Shown here piece by piece: positions 39,059 to 53,528 of a stretch of DNA of 64,000 nt. Source of the stretch: Styela clava (Eukaryota); contig NC_135257.1 in NCBI RefSeq assembly GCF_964204865.1, positions 21,824,001-21,888,000 on the forward strand. Direction: 5' to 3'. How positions within the stretch are numbered: position 1 is the stretch's first letter; each line of letters begins with the position of its first letter. The notes beneath the pieces were generated by a model. That model saw only the letters and a program-made list of their open reading frames with translations, did not search any database and had not been told where the DNA came from. Both the position numbers and the translations under genes were made by a program.

Positions 39059-40881
39059 AATAAAACACCCCGCCACGTTTTTAAATAACAAATTAGTAAT
39101 TATCCAGGTAGTGTTAGAGTTGGGAATGATTTCAAAATGTGAATTTCCAGCGCATTCTGCATTCCTAACCCACATCCTAACTTAATAATTACTTTTTTTT
39201 TTATTTTGAGCATACGAGGGAGGTTTTTTTTTTTGGTTGTGGGCTCGGTTCAGAAAATTCATATTTTCCTAAAAAATTTAGTTGAAGTATGGTTACGCGG
39301 ATTCATTCAGGCGTATTTGAGACTGTTCTCTGAGCGATCCTATTGAAATGCCAAAAACTATTGGAACAGCACAGTATTATGGTTGTGCATGCACTCAGAA
39401 AACAAGAGACTTATCTCTGTGCAAGGTTACAGACGACAACGAAAAACCAACAACCATATGAAACTATGACGATGTGTTTTGCGCCCATACACTTAGAATT
39501 GAAACCGTATTGAAGCAAATCGAGAATGGAATAGATTAGCAAACTGAAAGCAACCAACCACTATCGTTTCGATTTTGGCCTTCGTTAACAATGATGAATA
39601 ATAGAGTAACGCAATGACTTTCGAAAACCTTTCAAAATGTATTAATTCAAATATTTGACTTTTTTGTTAATAAAACCGACGATATTGGCAAATATTTCAT
39701 TAATATGTGTGTTTTTCTCACGTTAAAGATGTTTTTTCCTCTTATACACGATGACTAAGGCCTTGCCATCATTGGGGCAAATACTGAATATGACGTCATA
39801 GGGCACCCTGTTGGTATAAGACGACACTGTCATCTGCATAAATCATCACGTTAAATGACCCGTTTTATCAGTGGCGCTTGGCGGGCTTATCACCACGGGA
39901 AGTCATACCATGAAATTTATGTTATTATCTTGTATTTATTTAAAATATATCATTTTAGGATTCCATCCTGTTATTGCACCACTGCCAATTTTCTGATTTT
40001 TTTTACTTTTGCTATTTATTGCCCAACTAATAAATTATGACCTTTTTTTGTTTGATTCTGTTTAATTTAGTATAAGTTAAGTTACATTAAGTTTGGAAAT
40101 GTATTGAATAATATAAGGTAAACAGAGAAGGCGGAGTAATAACTAACCCAACCAAAGCCAAAGTTGACTAGAATCAAAGAAAACTAATCGTGAGTCAATA
40201 ACAGGACGATAACCATTGTACTATTGCGCCAAACAACTTTATCGTATTTCTGCGGCACTATCGTTTTGAAGTGGCCAAGACGGCTGACTACTGGTATTTA
40301 AATTACAATGGAGTTTTTGTCTTTTATGATAGGTTACAAATATTGGTATAAAACAATGACTTGTGAAATATGTTCACAGTTTGCGTCTCAGAGTACTGGT
40401 ACATTGCAATTTCAAAGACATGCCTGGAATTTACACACAGATACTTAGAGACGGGCTTGATCTATTCTTTATATTTCAGTAATTACCAACACTTATATTG
40501 CCTTTTTCAAATTTATCTCTGCAATTGTCCCATGAATTGCATATTTATTTAGTCCAATTTATTCATGACGTATAATTTTTGCGGTTCGTATTAACCCTAC
40601 TCAGTGATTATGAGTTATTTTCAGTCCTATATAAGTATGAAGATTCTTTTCCTTTCGAGACGAATTAAACTTTCTGCGACCTTTTCTGAAATATCTTGTC
40701 ATCGCCTCTCTCGTCACAGCTGAATTATTACTTGACCTCGTGACCCTAATTTTAGTCACGGTCGATTGCATTTATTAGTAAGCCATATCAAACGATTAGA
40801 CTTAATTGTTATTGTATTTTCAACAAAAATTGAGAATAGAATTTTCTCTTGTTTATCCCCAGATGATAAGACGATCTAATA

Positions 40882-41167
40882 AAGTGATTCTCAAACATTT
40901 TAAGCTTTGCCCCCGTTTTTAGAATTTGTCAAGTCTCGCTCCCACCTCAAAAATTCCCAGCTAACAATGGGCTACAAACAACGGATAGCAGGGCTTAAGT
41001 AAGCGTTGATAACACGTGAATAGAACGAAAGTATCCCCAAAAAAGTGTGAATATCCAAAATGAGGCGGACAAGATCAAAGTTTGACAAATATTTTTATCC
41101 TCTCGACCCATCAGAACATTGTCGATGCCCCCATTGTGGGACGCGCCCCACTGCTTGAGAATCACTG
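40882..41167. mobile_element. hAT (Charlie-like) MITE
   Basis: TIR (C)AGTGATTCTCAA/TTGAGAATCACTG; TSD ATCTAATA/ATCGAATA. Confidence 0.75.
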
Positions 41168-42199
41168 ATCGAATAGTGCAGTGAACCACGGTTTTCTCGT
41201 TTGGTTACAGTCGGATTGAAAAAGACTAACAATTTTTTTCCAGATGCACGGATTTTGATGGTAGGGTGAGACAAAACAGACCAGCGGACGCGTGATATCT
41301 ATCAACTGACAGGCCTTGTGCTTATGGTACTCTCAGTTCATAAAATAGAATGTACCATAGTCGCCTCACAATGATACCATTGTGACCCTACCTCAAGACG
41401 CTATTGCCATAGTTACCCAGAATTAGACTTACCATAATTTCTTGGGCATAATCCGGGACAAACTCAAAACTATAAATGAAATAACTGGACGAATGGCCGA
41501 AGGCCTGAGCTTGGCAAATTTATATTCCATATTTATATTTATAAGCTTTAATATTGCATTACTCTACAGAATCTCAAGTTCTAGATTACTTGCAGCATAA
41601 TATGACTCAAACAAAACCAAACGAAAGTTATTATGCCTAATGCCTCCAACTCCAAGCATAAAAGGCTTCTAATGCAGCAATTGCTGTAGTTTCACTGAAG
41701 GCAATAGAATAATGACGCAATAAACGTCACTCATTATTCCCTAACTAAAGGATTTCTCAATATTTTACTCAACCTAATGAGCTAAAAAAATTAAGCCTCG
41801 AATTAAAGCAAAGTTATGCTATTTGGGACGGAAGTATTCATAATTTTGCATCAGGTTGGAGTTAATTTTGATAATTTCATTAAAGTAAAATTCCGGGACA
41901 TTTTGCTAACCGGGACGGGACACCAAGATGGCGCACACCCTGAACATAGTATGCGTGTACCGGTTAGGATTCAGGTTGCGCGACATCTTGGTGCGCATAC
42001 TTTTGGGGCAACGTAATTTTTTGTAGATCCAATGTGTTGTCAGTATGGTGAAATAATAAATTACTGATTTCTAAACTTGTTAACCCACACATGTCAATAG
42101 ATTGACCTTACGATTATCACACGGATCCGCATGAAGATGCACCGGAAAATAATAGTTAGTTAGTCCAACATAAATCCAATTGATAACATATCGCCAGAC

Positions 42200-43470
42200 T
42201 GGTCAATTACAACAAAACGTACATTTTGTGGGATGATATTTTCAGATTCTGTACTTATTTTACGAAACTTTACTTTTGATAAAATAAACCGCTTGTCCAG
42301 GGTCTTTTTATGAGTGGGTTAGTCTCGCATTTATTCCATTAATAGCGTTTATTTCAAGATAATTCACTTTGACTTGCAGACTTATAGATTACAACAAAAC
42401 GTACATATTCGTCGGATGACATTTTCTCAATTTGTACTTATAGGAGAGTTTACTTTCAATTAGCTGAACTGCTTGTCCAACTTTTTTTTATGAGTGAAGA
42501 CGAAAAACGTCACATTGAGAATGGTTTTATTTATGTCTGTTTGTTTCGACTGACAGATTACATCAAAGCTCTATACGTGTTTGTTGAAAGATTATTTCAC
42601 GTTTTTCATCTATTACAGAAAAGTTTACTTTGGTTAAGTTGGTTTTTTTGTCCTGATTCCTTTTCGGAGTAAAGGCCCGGAAACGTCCCGTGAAAAATTG
42701 TTTTATTTACGACTGTTCACTCGAGTCATTTATTGCTCAATTGAAATTATTTCGGAAATTGCTAAATGAAAGCTTAAAACAAAACTCGCATATTTGTGAA
42801 ATATTTGGAGAATGAAGACGAAATATATTTGTGTCACCGTACATCTTGGCACAGTATAATACAAATATGCGCGGGCAATAGTGTTTTCTGGAATCACATA
42901 GAGTAGCAGCTGTCTTCCTTCCCGTTACAATCTTATGATTTGAATTAGGATAAGTTGTTATTCCCGCATATAACCGTTAAATAGCATATATTTCAAGAAA
43001 ATTTATTTTCGACTGACAAACCGACAGATTATGACAAAACTTGCATATATGTGGGATGAGATTTTCTCAATTTGTACTTATTTTAGGAGAGTATACTTTC
43101 AATTACCTGTATGCTCAAATTGACTTAGATACTTAATTGGACTGTCAGACTAACGATAAAACACGCATATTTGTGTCATTGACAACTGTGCAGCAGGACA
43201 TACAAAGCCTATAATGCAAACATACTGTGGCGAGAGTTTTTTTTAATCACCATAGAGTAGTAGTTGTCTTCACTTCCGTTACAATCCTATGACCCACCAG
43301 AGCGAAAGTTTAGAATTAGGATAAGTAGTTAGTACCGCATATAACCGTTAAATAGCATATATTTCAAGAGAATTTATTTTCGACTGACAAACCGACAGAT
43401 TATAACAAATCTTACATATTTGTGAGATGAGATTTTCTCATTTTACTTAATTCTCGAGAGTTTACTTTCA
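42200..43470. repeat. Degenerate tandem array including a ~370-bp duplication
   Basis: Recurrent GATTACAACAAAAC..ATTTTCTCAATTTGTACTTA..TTTACTTTC; 42897-43100 is nearly repeated at 43252-43470. Confidence 0.75.
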
Positions 43471-44101
43471 CCGGTACAGCGTAAAAGATTTCTCGTAAAT
43501 TTTCTGTTAATCCTTCTTAAAGTACTTGAGTTACAATCCAAAAATGAAACTGGTCTTTGTTTCGTAACAATCGTTTCAAATTATTCAATTATGATATCAT
43601 ATTCACAATGACATTTTCTCTTTGAACTTAACAATATCATGGTGACGGAACAGTGATCAGTCGACTTTAAATTAGATAGGTTACTGTTACATTCAACCCG
43701 TTTTATAACGTAATAATGAAATATTCCCCACACCACACGCAGAAAATTACTTTTCCATGAAATTAAAAAAGGTTTCTGTAAAAAAAAAATTATAAACTAT
43801 GCTTTTTGCCATGAAAAAGTTCCTGTACAAGCAATGACTACTCTAAGCAAAAATCTAATATAGCTTAAACCTGGAATGCAATAGGTGGCCCGCGGGCCAC
43901 AACCATTTACGTCAATCCCTTTATTGTGGCCCTCGTCAACACACAGCTTATTATAAAAGACGCTCACATCGGTATAAATACAAAATGTTTTTTTCTTTTG
44001 TCGGTGCGTCAAATTTGCCGGTGATTTTATTACTGTGAGGCTAAGCGATTGTCGCATACTCTTCTCCTGTCTTTTCGGCTATGTTTTTTGTGTGGCACAA
44101 C

Positions 44102-44305
44102 CAGAAATTTTCAAGGGGGGGGGGGGGGGTTCGGAAATTTTTTTGCCAGGTTAGATCGAAACTGCTAGCGGGTTCGATCGAACGCTGGAATATGCGTGTT
44201 TTTATTAGTCTTGGGGTCTAAAAAGCATTTCAAGCTACGAAAAATTGCTATCTATGATACAGAAAAATGATTTCCCGCAAAACCACCCCCCTGGCTACGC
44301 CACTG
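44102..44305 (+). mobile_element. Copy of the 48087 hAT MITE with a shortened left TIR
   Basis: Aligns to 48087-48335; perfect TSD GGCACAAC. Confidence 0.8.
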
Positions 44306-44428
44306 GGCACAACTAGATGTCTGAAGTTGGTTATATGGCCCACCGACAAAAATGTTGCATACCTGCGGTTTAAAATGACCAGAATCTTTCTATTTACCCG
44401 AATTATTACACTCTGGGTCAGGTATAGG

Positions 44429-44918
44429 CAGGGATTCCATACCGTCCTTTTTTCTAAGATTGGTCCTTATTTTTTAGCTTGCATTCTTATTTTTGGATTG
44501 CGTGTCCTTATTTTGTCTTATTTGGACTTCATAAAGGAAGCTTTGTGTTGTTTGTTTTTTGTGGCATCATAAAAGCACCACAATCCTGTTTGGTACACAA
44601 AGAAGCAAGGCACAGATAGGCATGAAACATTGTTAGTGTGGCGATCCTTGGGTTTTGTCGTAGTGTATTTAAGTCTTTTGTATTTTAGCCTAAATTTTAA
44701 AATGAGCGAATGTAAGATCGTTTTTCGTGATGAGTACATGAAATAATTCAAAATTAAACGAAGCTTGAAGGATGATTGCTTCGCATACTGTGACGTCTGT
44801 AATTGTGACATTAACCTGGAGGCCATAGGAAAGCCAGCTATCTCTGCTCACAATGCAGAAAGTCGTCCTTATTTTGCCAGTCGTCATTATTTTGGGTTTC
44901 AGATCGATAGAATTCCTG
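44429..44918 (+). mobile_element. hAT deletion derivative retaining the transposase N-terminal Zn-finger coding remnant
   Basis: TIR CAGGGATTCCAT/ATAGAATTCCTG, perfect 8-bp TSD GGTATAGG, GTCCTTATTTT subterminal repeats; from 44702 MSECKIVFRDEYMK*FKIKRSLKDDCFAYCDVCNCDINLEAIGKPAISAH. Confidence 0.85.
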
Positions 44919-47900
44919 GGTATAGGTATGAGAACCCATACCATCTCTAACTAAAATCACAACTACATAACAAACGGATTTCAAATTTTCAAAAAAGCAA
45001 TAACTCCCCATTACTTTTTCAATTTTTCTCTGCGTAACCGACATTTCACTCGAAAATTCCATTATTCACAGGTGCACCTTCATATGACATCCGGTACAAA
45101 CTTTTAAACTTTTCATATGACATTGGCATCCATTTGTATAATGATAGAATGAATATTTTAATTTTTTTTTACCAAATTCGCCCAGAAAGACTCGTCTTTT
45201 CACCAAATTTTAATGGTTTTACAATTAGCGGGCCCACTTTCATATGACATTTGGTACAAATTGTCTAACCAGATACTTTAACAGATTTTCGTATTTTTAG
45301 CATCAAAGTAACAATGCTTATGAAAGGATTTATACAATTAAATTTTCGTGACCATAAATTAATCTTTAACGCTCCCATGCATGGACCGACCATACTACGT
45401 ATTTATTACGTGTGTATCATGTATGATCATATTATACCCAAGTGTTTATGATAATCCGGATTAAAGGCGGGAATCTTTCGTTCAAATTTCAAATTATTGT
45501 ATTTGCTGCGTAATAAAAAGGTTAGACAATGTAAATAAACAATAATTGTGACGTTACAATAATGATAAAATACCTTTCCCATATAAAGGAAACCAATATT
45601 TAATACAAATTCTTAAAAATAAATGATATTTACATGCGCCTTCTACCCATTGCATTTGAGAGTCGCACCTCCCCTCGACCCCCCTTTGAAGTGTAAAAAA
45701 GGCATTTTTTTTGTATCGTCGTAGATCGCATTTTTTTCTAGCGTTGAAACGCTTTTTGGACCTTCGAAATATTTAAAAATCCACGTTTTCCGGCTTCCGA
45801 CGAGACACGCCAACTGTTTCGGTCTGACATAACAGTTAGAAATTGTAGAATTCACCCCCACCCCCTCCCCGCGATTTGAAAATTCATGAATACAACCCTG
45901 ATTTACGACATAAAGAAAGGCCTGGGTGGAGGGAAGAAAAGTGGCATATTCACTATGAGGAAAAAAACATGTATATCTTCCTGTATAATTATTACTAAAA
46001 GTCTTCAAACAACTATACTGATAAGTTAGTAGTGAAACATTGTCTGCAGCTCAAGTGGCTTCGTGTAGATTAATGTACAATTAAAACAAGCTTATCTAAT
46101 AGCGACCTCCGAAAATACTCAACCGCGATAAAAAAGAAACGACAATTCACCATACATGGCCAATGATATTTCCTTATTTTCATACATGCATTATCTACGG
46201 CCGAGTTTGTTGAGCCGTGAGATAAAAAAAGCTATTTTTTGCTTAGATGTACGGTATAAAATATATCGTCTACAAAGCACATAGGTAAATATTTGGTTGT
46301 AGTGGTTAGTTATGTGGTAAATCGGTCTTGTACGGTAAACCAGTAGATTAACCCAGTGGTTACCAACCGGCAGTCATATGACTAAATTAATTTTGCGACA
46401 GCGATTCGGGGTTCCTAGGGGTTCCGCGAGCTATTCGTTTACTTGCTAAAATACTGACTTGGCTAATTTTGTAACTGTCCGAAAAAGCAATTCAGTGTGG
46501 AAATGCGGCAACAAGGCGGTAATTCAAAAATGACAATATCTATAAGTTCCAATAGATACGTTTTATTTTGTATTAAATTCATTGTGGGACTCCGTAAATA
46601 ATATTCAACCCCTTCATGGGATCCATAACATCAAATGTTTGAGAACCCCTGCCCTAGAGTTCCACCAATACGGTTCCCAGGTTCTGCGAGTTCACATTCA
46701 AAAGCGAGTCTATATAATTTGTATGTATATTGTTTAAACATTATCAAATACCTATTAGGTTTGCCATTATTATCAAACTTTCCACCACACTTAGAAGATC
46801 ATTTTATTTTGTCAATATATTATGGGGTATTTTATATATATTTATAGTTTATGCAATTTTCCTCACAGCCTATGACAACGTTCCTCGATGTTTCGGAAAG
46901 TTCCATTGTACCCCCCCCCCCCCCCCCCACCAGGAGGGTTGAAGACCATTGCACAGGAATGATAAATAATAATAATAAGTCTTGCTAGTTCATAGAAAGA
47001 AAAAAAATACCTTACTTTTATTTATCACGAAATGTTTCATCTGGTCTTCTGAAATTACCACTATAATTTTATGAATATAAATTTTGTTGAAAATATCAAT
47101 CTAAATAACGTCATAATGGCCACGATTGTTACGTTGTTGCTTCTTATTAATATATGAACTTTAGCCTAGATGTTGTAAATAAATTTTTCTTCTATAGTTT
47201 TTCACATTGATATTTGAGCCTCCCGCTCGGTAACAAAGTTAGAAAAGTAATTGTCCACCCCTGTTCTAATATTATTTCGTTCAAGTATCCTTACGTTACG
47301 ACAACGGCCACATACGGATCCAAAGTTGGAAGTAGCACAAGGAGAAAGGACTTACAGTTTAGTACACAAAACCCCAGTGCCCTCTCTATTGATTTGCGAT
47401 AATATGTGGAGATTTTTACTGACATGCATAAAGAATTAATCGACCAATTTGCATATAAGTCGGGTGTTTAGTGATTGTTTTTGCCGATGTAAGGAAAACT
47501 TGTCGAGCAATGATATACGTACGACCCCCCTGAGTATAGAACACCCGCCCTGAACAAATTACAGCAGCTTTCTAGTGTTTCTAGGTTATTGTATATCCAT
47601 TACTTAAGTTTGTCTCTATGGCTATCAACATGAGTAAATGGGTTAAGAATGCATTGTGTAGTAACAATTTCTATTCTGTTATCATTATTTCGTAATAGTG
47701 GGTATGTCGCAACAATATTTGTGATGATGATAATAAAGATGTTTGTTTATGACAAGGTTTACGTGTGATCAAACAATTGATATTCCTGGGAATTTTGACG
47801 TGATAATCAACTGTATGTTACCTCATAATTCGTCACGGTAAATTTAGATTTATATTGACACGTCACTGACAATTTTTATCGGTAAATGGAGACATTGTGC

Positions 47901-48086
47901 GATTGCGAACCAGGGCATTATTTATTTAGTAATTAATGTGCCGAATATGTTAAAGAGCGCCTTCGAAGGAATGCAGACACCGGAAAGAAAATGTGATAAT
48001 AGTTGTCACTTGGATGTGCCTTTTTGTTTTATGATCACGAAAACCGGGGGGCAATTAGGAGATATATTGAGCGTAATGCACCACCA

Positions 48087-48335
48087 CAGGGGCGTGGCCA
48101 GAAATTTTCAGAGGGGGGGGGGGGTTGTAATTTTTATTCGCCAAGTTAGATTGAAACAGCCAGCAGGTCCGATCGAACGCTTGAATACTCGTGTTTTTAG
48201 TAGTCTTGGGGTCTAAAAAGCATTTTAAGCTGCGGAAAATTGCTATCTATGATACATGAAAATGATCTTGTTTTTTTATATTTCAAGGGGGGGATTTCGA
48301 CCCGCAAAATCACCCCCCCCCCTGCTACGCCACGG
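48087..48335 (+). mobile_element. hAT-type MITE (CAGGGGCGTGGCC ends, poly-G/poly-C)
   Basis: Perfect 8-bp TSD CACCACCA. Confidence 0.85.
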
Positions 48336-48349
48336 CACCACCATACTCC

Positions 48350-48562
48350 GGATCTTTTCTACAAAGCCCCCGACAATGAAACACCCCTGCCAAACGCTTA
48401 AAATGAGAAAATTATTAATTATCCAGTTAGGGTTAGGAATGCAGATTGCGCGGGAAATTCAAATTTTCAAATCATTCCTAACGATAACCCCAACTGGATA
48501 ATTACTAATTTGGTATTTTAAAGCATTTTTGCATTAGCGGCGGGGCTTTGTACATAAGATCC
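48350..48562. mobile_element. MITE with GGATCTTTTGTACA-type TIRs and an internal TTAGGGTTAGG
   Basis: TIRs, degenerate 8-bp TSD CATACTCC/CATAATTC; related pieces at ~45-165, ~30355-30585, ~35727-35945, ~38900-39260 and ~51678-51790. Confidence 0.65.
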
Positions 48563-49445
48563 CATAATTCTATATAGTTCCAGGGACCTCTGAAATTTCA
48601 GTTGCATTTCAGCATTTAATGACGCCAAATTCTAAAAGTTTCATTACACCTTAACACCATAGACGTAATAGGGGAGGCTGATTTTCAACATTATTTTGAA
48701 CGGCATTTTGCGGTATTTGCAGACAAACATTCATATGCTATTTCCCACACAATTTTGTTCTATTTTTGAACGATTTACTGAAAACCGGACGTTTCTTGGC
48801 TTGCTATCAATGATCTTTTCACCAAATGAGCCAACCGAGATAAATGAAAATGCGCGCATATATTCCTCGGTTGACCTGGACAGCGAAGTACGTTTGTAGA
48901 GCAATTCTTTAAGATATCTGACTTGTTTGGAGAAAACGTTAGCTAACTTAGTGAAGGGCCACTAAACATGGAAATGATTAAAATCGACTGAGTCCCCCAA
49001 ATCAACTTCAATATCATAACCGGTTTTGGACGGTTTTAACTAGTTTGTACCGGAGTGTACATAATATTTGCACACATTATCACCGCACAAAGCTTGTTCA
49101 TTGTTTGTATTATGTCGCGACAAAAGATTGCCTTCCACGAGTGGCATAAAGTAAGCAATAGTCTTATTGACATTTAACTTGATAAAAGGTTTTCCTTATG
49201 CGACACTTTTTCACGAATTCACTCAGAAGAAGGCAGTAAACAATAAGAACCCACTGATATGTATGGAGTTATACCATCACTTTGAACAAGGCTCTGTACA
49301 AGCCAGGGGGTCAAGGGGCAGACTAGGGTGTTGAGGGTCAGACCAGCCCCCCTTCAAATGCCAAAAAAAAATTCTGTACTCCAGCAATTTTTCGTAGCTT
49401 GAAACGGGTTTTAGATCAATACCCCGCTAACTACAATCCCTTTTT

Positions 49446-49611
49446 ATGAGTTCAAGGTTTAACAACTTCCTCGTTGCGAGCCGGAAGTTTATAATATACG
49501 ATCCCGGAAGTAATTACCGACACCATAATGTTTTTAACGTGGAAGCAATCAAGAAACAGGCGAGTTTCGCTCGTTAAAAAGTATGTGTAAATTTTAATAT
49601 AATTTTGAGGT
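49446..49611. repeat. 166-bp module duplicated at 51432-51597
   Basis: 11 mismatches by my count; two CCGGAAGT motifs in each copy. Confidence 0.85.
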
Positions 49612-49834
49612 CAAAGGGTCATACATAGTAATTTTTCGTAGTTCAAAGATACGGTCTGATTTGGCAATTAGAAATTTCAGTGCCCACTTCGGAAATTACT
49701 GGCGACGCCCTACAGCCATTACTTATTTTTATAAACTTTGCGTTTTCACACACCCGCCAGCCTGGATAAGACTTTCTCATTGACTAAATAGGGACGCAGC
49801 TCAAAAAATAATTCTTCGAACATGAACAACTTCA

Positions 49835-50040
49835 GGGGCTCCAGGAGTATGTGTACCAATATGGAGGTAAATAATTTTGTTCGCCTATTTTACATCAAGT
49901 TGTGTGAAAGAACTGAAACCTGTGAGCAGGGGGTTTATTCACTTGACTAAAACCTACAGTTCCCGAACAGATAAAATAACTAAAATAAAGAAAATCGGAA
50001 TAAAATTATGGCCTAACCCTAACATTGTACACACACTACG
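49835..50040 (+). mobile_element. Merlin-like MITE variant, truncated
   Basis: Aligns with 32715-32928; right TIR incomplete. Confidence 0.65.
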
Positions 50041-51803
50041 ACATAACCCAACTTTATAATTTATATAGTGCAAACGCCTTGGAAATTGTGACAAATTGTA
50101 ATTAAACTTACGGTATGGGAGCACTGGTTATAGTATAGGCCTGATTCTTACCGCCGATCAAAAATTATAAATTTCCTTTGACTGAGCGATCTCGGACGAC
50201 AACGTTTTATGAGAAATTACGATGTAACAACAAGTTAATAGATAATAATCGTTAATCAGTTACGCCCTTGTCACGTAACAATCATTTTTATTGTGACTAA
50301 ATAATATTAATTTATAGTCTGTGTGTTATGCGGTTGATCAAAAAATTGTTAAAACTTACAGAATAAACAAACGGTAAATCATAAATTTGCAAAACAAATA
50401 AGCGCGAACACGATTTTATACTGTAATGAGCTCAAAAGGAAAATTAACATGCGCGAACCCGAATTTATATTCAATGAAGTTGATACAATATTTCAATTTG
50501 ATTTGTCATTTAGTATATATTTTATATTTTCCCGGGGGAGAGGAAAGCCGATAAGATACGACTATTATGACTTGTTATTTTTGTTATTTCATGTCTGTTG
50601 TCTAATTGTAACGTAGCACTCCTAAATGCGCATATATAACTTTGAAAGGCTAATAAGGTTAGGGCCCAGACATGGGCAAAGTACGGCCCGCGGGCCAAAT
50701 CGGGCCCGTTGGTGATTCAATCTGGTCCGCCTGATGTTGCCACAATCAAACTGAAATCTAATTTTGAAGTTTTAGTTAAAAATAGCTCAAGGAATTTGTT
50801 GAGATTGCGATTAAATTTAGTTTTGCCACGAGGCTTATTGTTTTCCACTTTTGCTTTTATAACACTGTTGAATTATGTTCATAAAATGAACTTTTTACGT
50901 CACACTCACATGGCTCGCTAGTCTAGGTAAGCAAAATTTCTGTCTCTGGTCCAAATACCCCCCCCCCCCCCTCTTGGGGGTCTAAAAAGTGTTTCAAGCT
51001 ACAAATTTGCTATGTGTGATGCTTTTTTCACAATTCAAGTCCGAAGTTTTTTTGAACCGGTTCAAACTCCCGGATTTCGAATAGCTAAAAATTGACTCGT
51101 GTTTTCAGCTCCGGATTTCGCACCGGGTTTACATTACTGAGTCTGATACCCTTCAAAACGAAATTAACCTCTGGGTGTCATATCAGGCCATTGATTGAAC
51201 ATACATACCACACGAATATACTAACCCAGCGGTTCCCAAAAGGTGCGCCTACATGTTTACTAACGTAAAAGGGCATAAAGTATTCATTAACGATCACGAG
51301 TTTTATTTAAGCATATTTTTTTCGTGTCAGTGCGCGCGAGTATTTTTCCTTGATAATTTGGCGCCACACGAACCGCTGTACTAACCTATTAGTCAGCATT
51401 GTCTGCACCACGAAAACTCATGTCATGAAGAATGAGTTCAAAGTTTAACAACTTCCTTGTTGCCAGCCGGAAGTTTATAATATTCGATCCCGGAAGTAAT
51501 TACCGACACCCTAATGTTTATAACGTGGAAGCAATCAACAAACACGCGAGTTTCGCTTGTTAAAAAGTTTGTGTAAATTTTAATAGAATTTTGAGGTTAT
51601 TATAGATATTATTTTAGATAATTAAAGTAGGAAAAGAACAAGAATTTATTATTTTGAGACATCGGGAAAAAATCTTTGGGATCTTTTGTACGAGCCTCCG
51701 CCACTGATGCGAAAAGTGTGATTTTGAAAAAAACAAACCACGCCCCCCCCTCCTCCCCTAATTTTTTTTATTATTTACCAATTCAGTAATTGTATCTGAA
51801 AAC

Positions 51804-51891
51804 GGCGCTCCCGAAGTATGTGCACCAAGATGGCGCACAACCCTACCTGGTACACATACTATGTTCAGGTTGTGCGCCATCTTGGTGCTGC
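51804..51891. mobile_element. Merlin-like MITE, short form with a deleted right end
   Basis: Perfect 8-bp TSD CTGAAAAC. Confidence 0.8.
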
Positions 51892-51994
51892 CTGAAAACA
51901 AATAACTAACTAATCCCATACCCGACATAGAATGGTAACCGGAAGAGAGACCGTGGTTCAGCTATAACCCGGGGTAAATATGTAAATCCTATCC
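51892..51994 (+). mobile_element. 3' part of a SINE-like family ending GGATAAATATGTAAATCCTATCC
   Basis: Related 3' ends at ~4165-4310, ~10885-11035 and ~50515-50565 (minus). Confidence 0.5.
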
Positions 51995-53059
51995 CTAATT
52001 AATTAACATTAATTGAAGATACCTGCAAAAGATATTTCTACTTTGTGTTAAAATAGGAGCCTTGTTCGCAGCGAAAGACGTGAAGACGTTCTCTACGTCC
52101 ATTTTTTTGTTCAAAAATAGAAAAGAAAACATCACATGCGAAATGTTGTTACAGTCGAAACCTCCCGTTTCCTGCATTACAGAAGTCAAAACACAGTACA
52201 AGCATTATGATCTAATAATACACGTAGGAAAAATAAAATCTGCCACCCCCTTTTCCGGTACTTCCCCTTACTAAACATATATATTTAATATGCTCGAATA
52301 CTAAGCGATTGCAGCACCAGCTGGGGTAACTATAGCAAAAATATGCGTAAAATTGAATTACACACAAAATCCAGTTAATATACCAGTAATTTCAAAAGCC
52401 CGGGTGACATTTACTTAAGATGAAATTTCGAATCCGATTCTCAAATTCTGAGTGTTTTGTCACAATACCTGTTTGTATACGTCACAGTTCAAATTCCTTG
52501 CACTTGACCTTGGTGCTAGAATGCAAATCAGCTGTTTTGTGGGAAATGACGCAATGGGAAAATTTAAAGTCCTGGCTGATTTTTGAAAGGAAGTGACGTC
52601 ATAAAGAATTCCTTATTTGCTTTGGCCAGCTATAGTCAAGCTTGTTTAGTCAAGGCGAATACGCTTGTTAAAGGTACTGTTAAAATAGTTACAAGCAATC
52701 CCATTGAGATTTATGTATCAGTTTAGTATTGATATAATAATTGCAAGAAACCACTAATAAAAGATCTATATATTTGCTCAAAACAAAGACCACAACTTTT
52801 ATTGTGTTTCTCTTATTCATATTTCAATGTTCGCTTTGGATGCGATGGCCTAGCGCAGTATTTCCTCAACTTATGGGAGGATCGCTTGTTTTTTTCAACA
52901 AAAACGTAAAAGTTAATAATTTTATTTCCCAGTGAATTATAGTGTTTATTTCATATTTGTATTGGAGTTTTGCTCAATAGTAATCGTATATGTGGGAAGT
53001 ATCACAGCGTAAAAACTTGGCATCTGCTGTTATTAGTCAGTCGGCTAATTTTGTAATAA

Positions 53060-53231
53060 TTTAAGCGTTTTAGCAGGGTTCTTGGTGTTTTTTGACGGTT
53101 TTTCACTGTTTTTAAGCGTTTAAGCAGGCTTCTTGGTGTTTTTTGACGGTTTTTCACTGTTTTTAAGTGTTTTACCAGGGTTCTTGGTGTTTTTTGACGG
53201 GTTTTCACTGTTTTTAAGCGTTTTAGCAGGG
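53060..53231. repeat. ~51-bp T-rich minisatellite x ~3.3
   Basis: TTAAGCGTTTTAGCAGGGTTCTTGGTGTTTTTTGACGGTTTTTCACTGTT repeats; similar T-rich duplicated unit at ~30745-30960. Confidence 0.85.
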
Positions 53232-53528
53232 TTAATGCATAAGCATCACATTCCGCCTAGTCACACAGTGGTTTCTCAACCTCAACAAGTATTTGGTCCT
53301 TATTTAACACCGGTCGTTGTGGTCTACACGCTGTATTTCAAAAAATTTGAGATGTGTTTTTTAAAACCTTCCGAAACTAAAAGTGATGAGTACAGCGGTT
53401 CCTGTTTCGTGTTTTGTCAACAAATCTTCGGCTTCCAATCACGGCTGTAATAAATTGAATAGGCGATGCCAAATCGGTTTCACAAAATCACCAGATGCTT
53501 AAATTTGATTGTATTAGAAATAAATTAT

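Noticed and set aside
53002-53208. Lys/Arg-rich repeat ORF
   Set aside because: Product of the 51-bp minisatellite.
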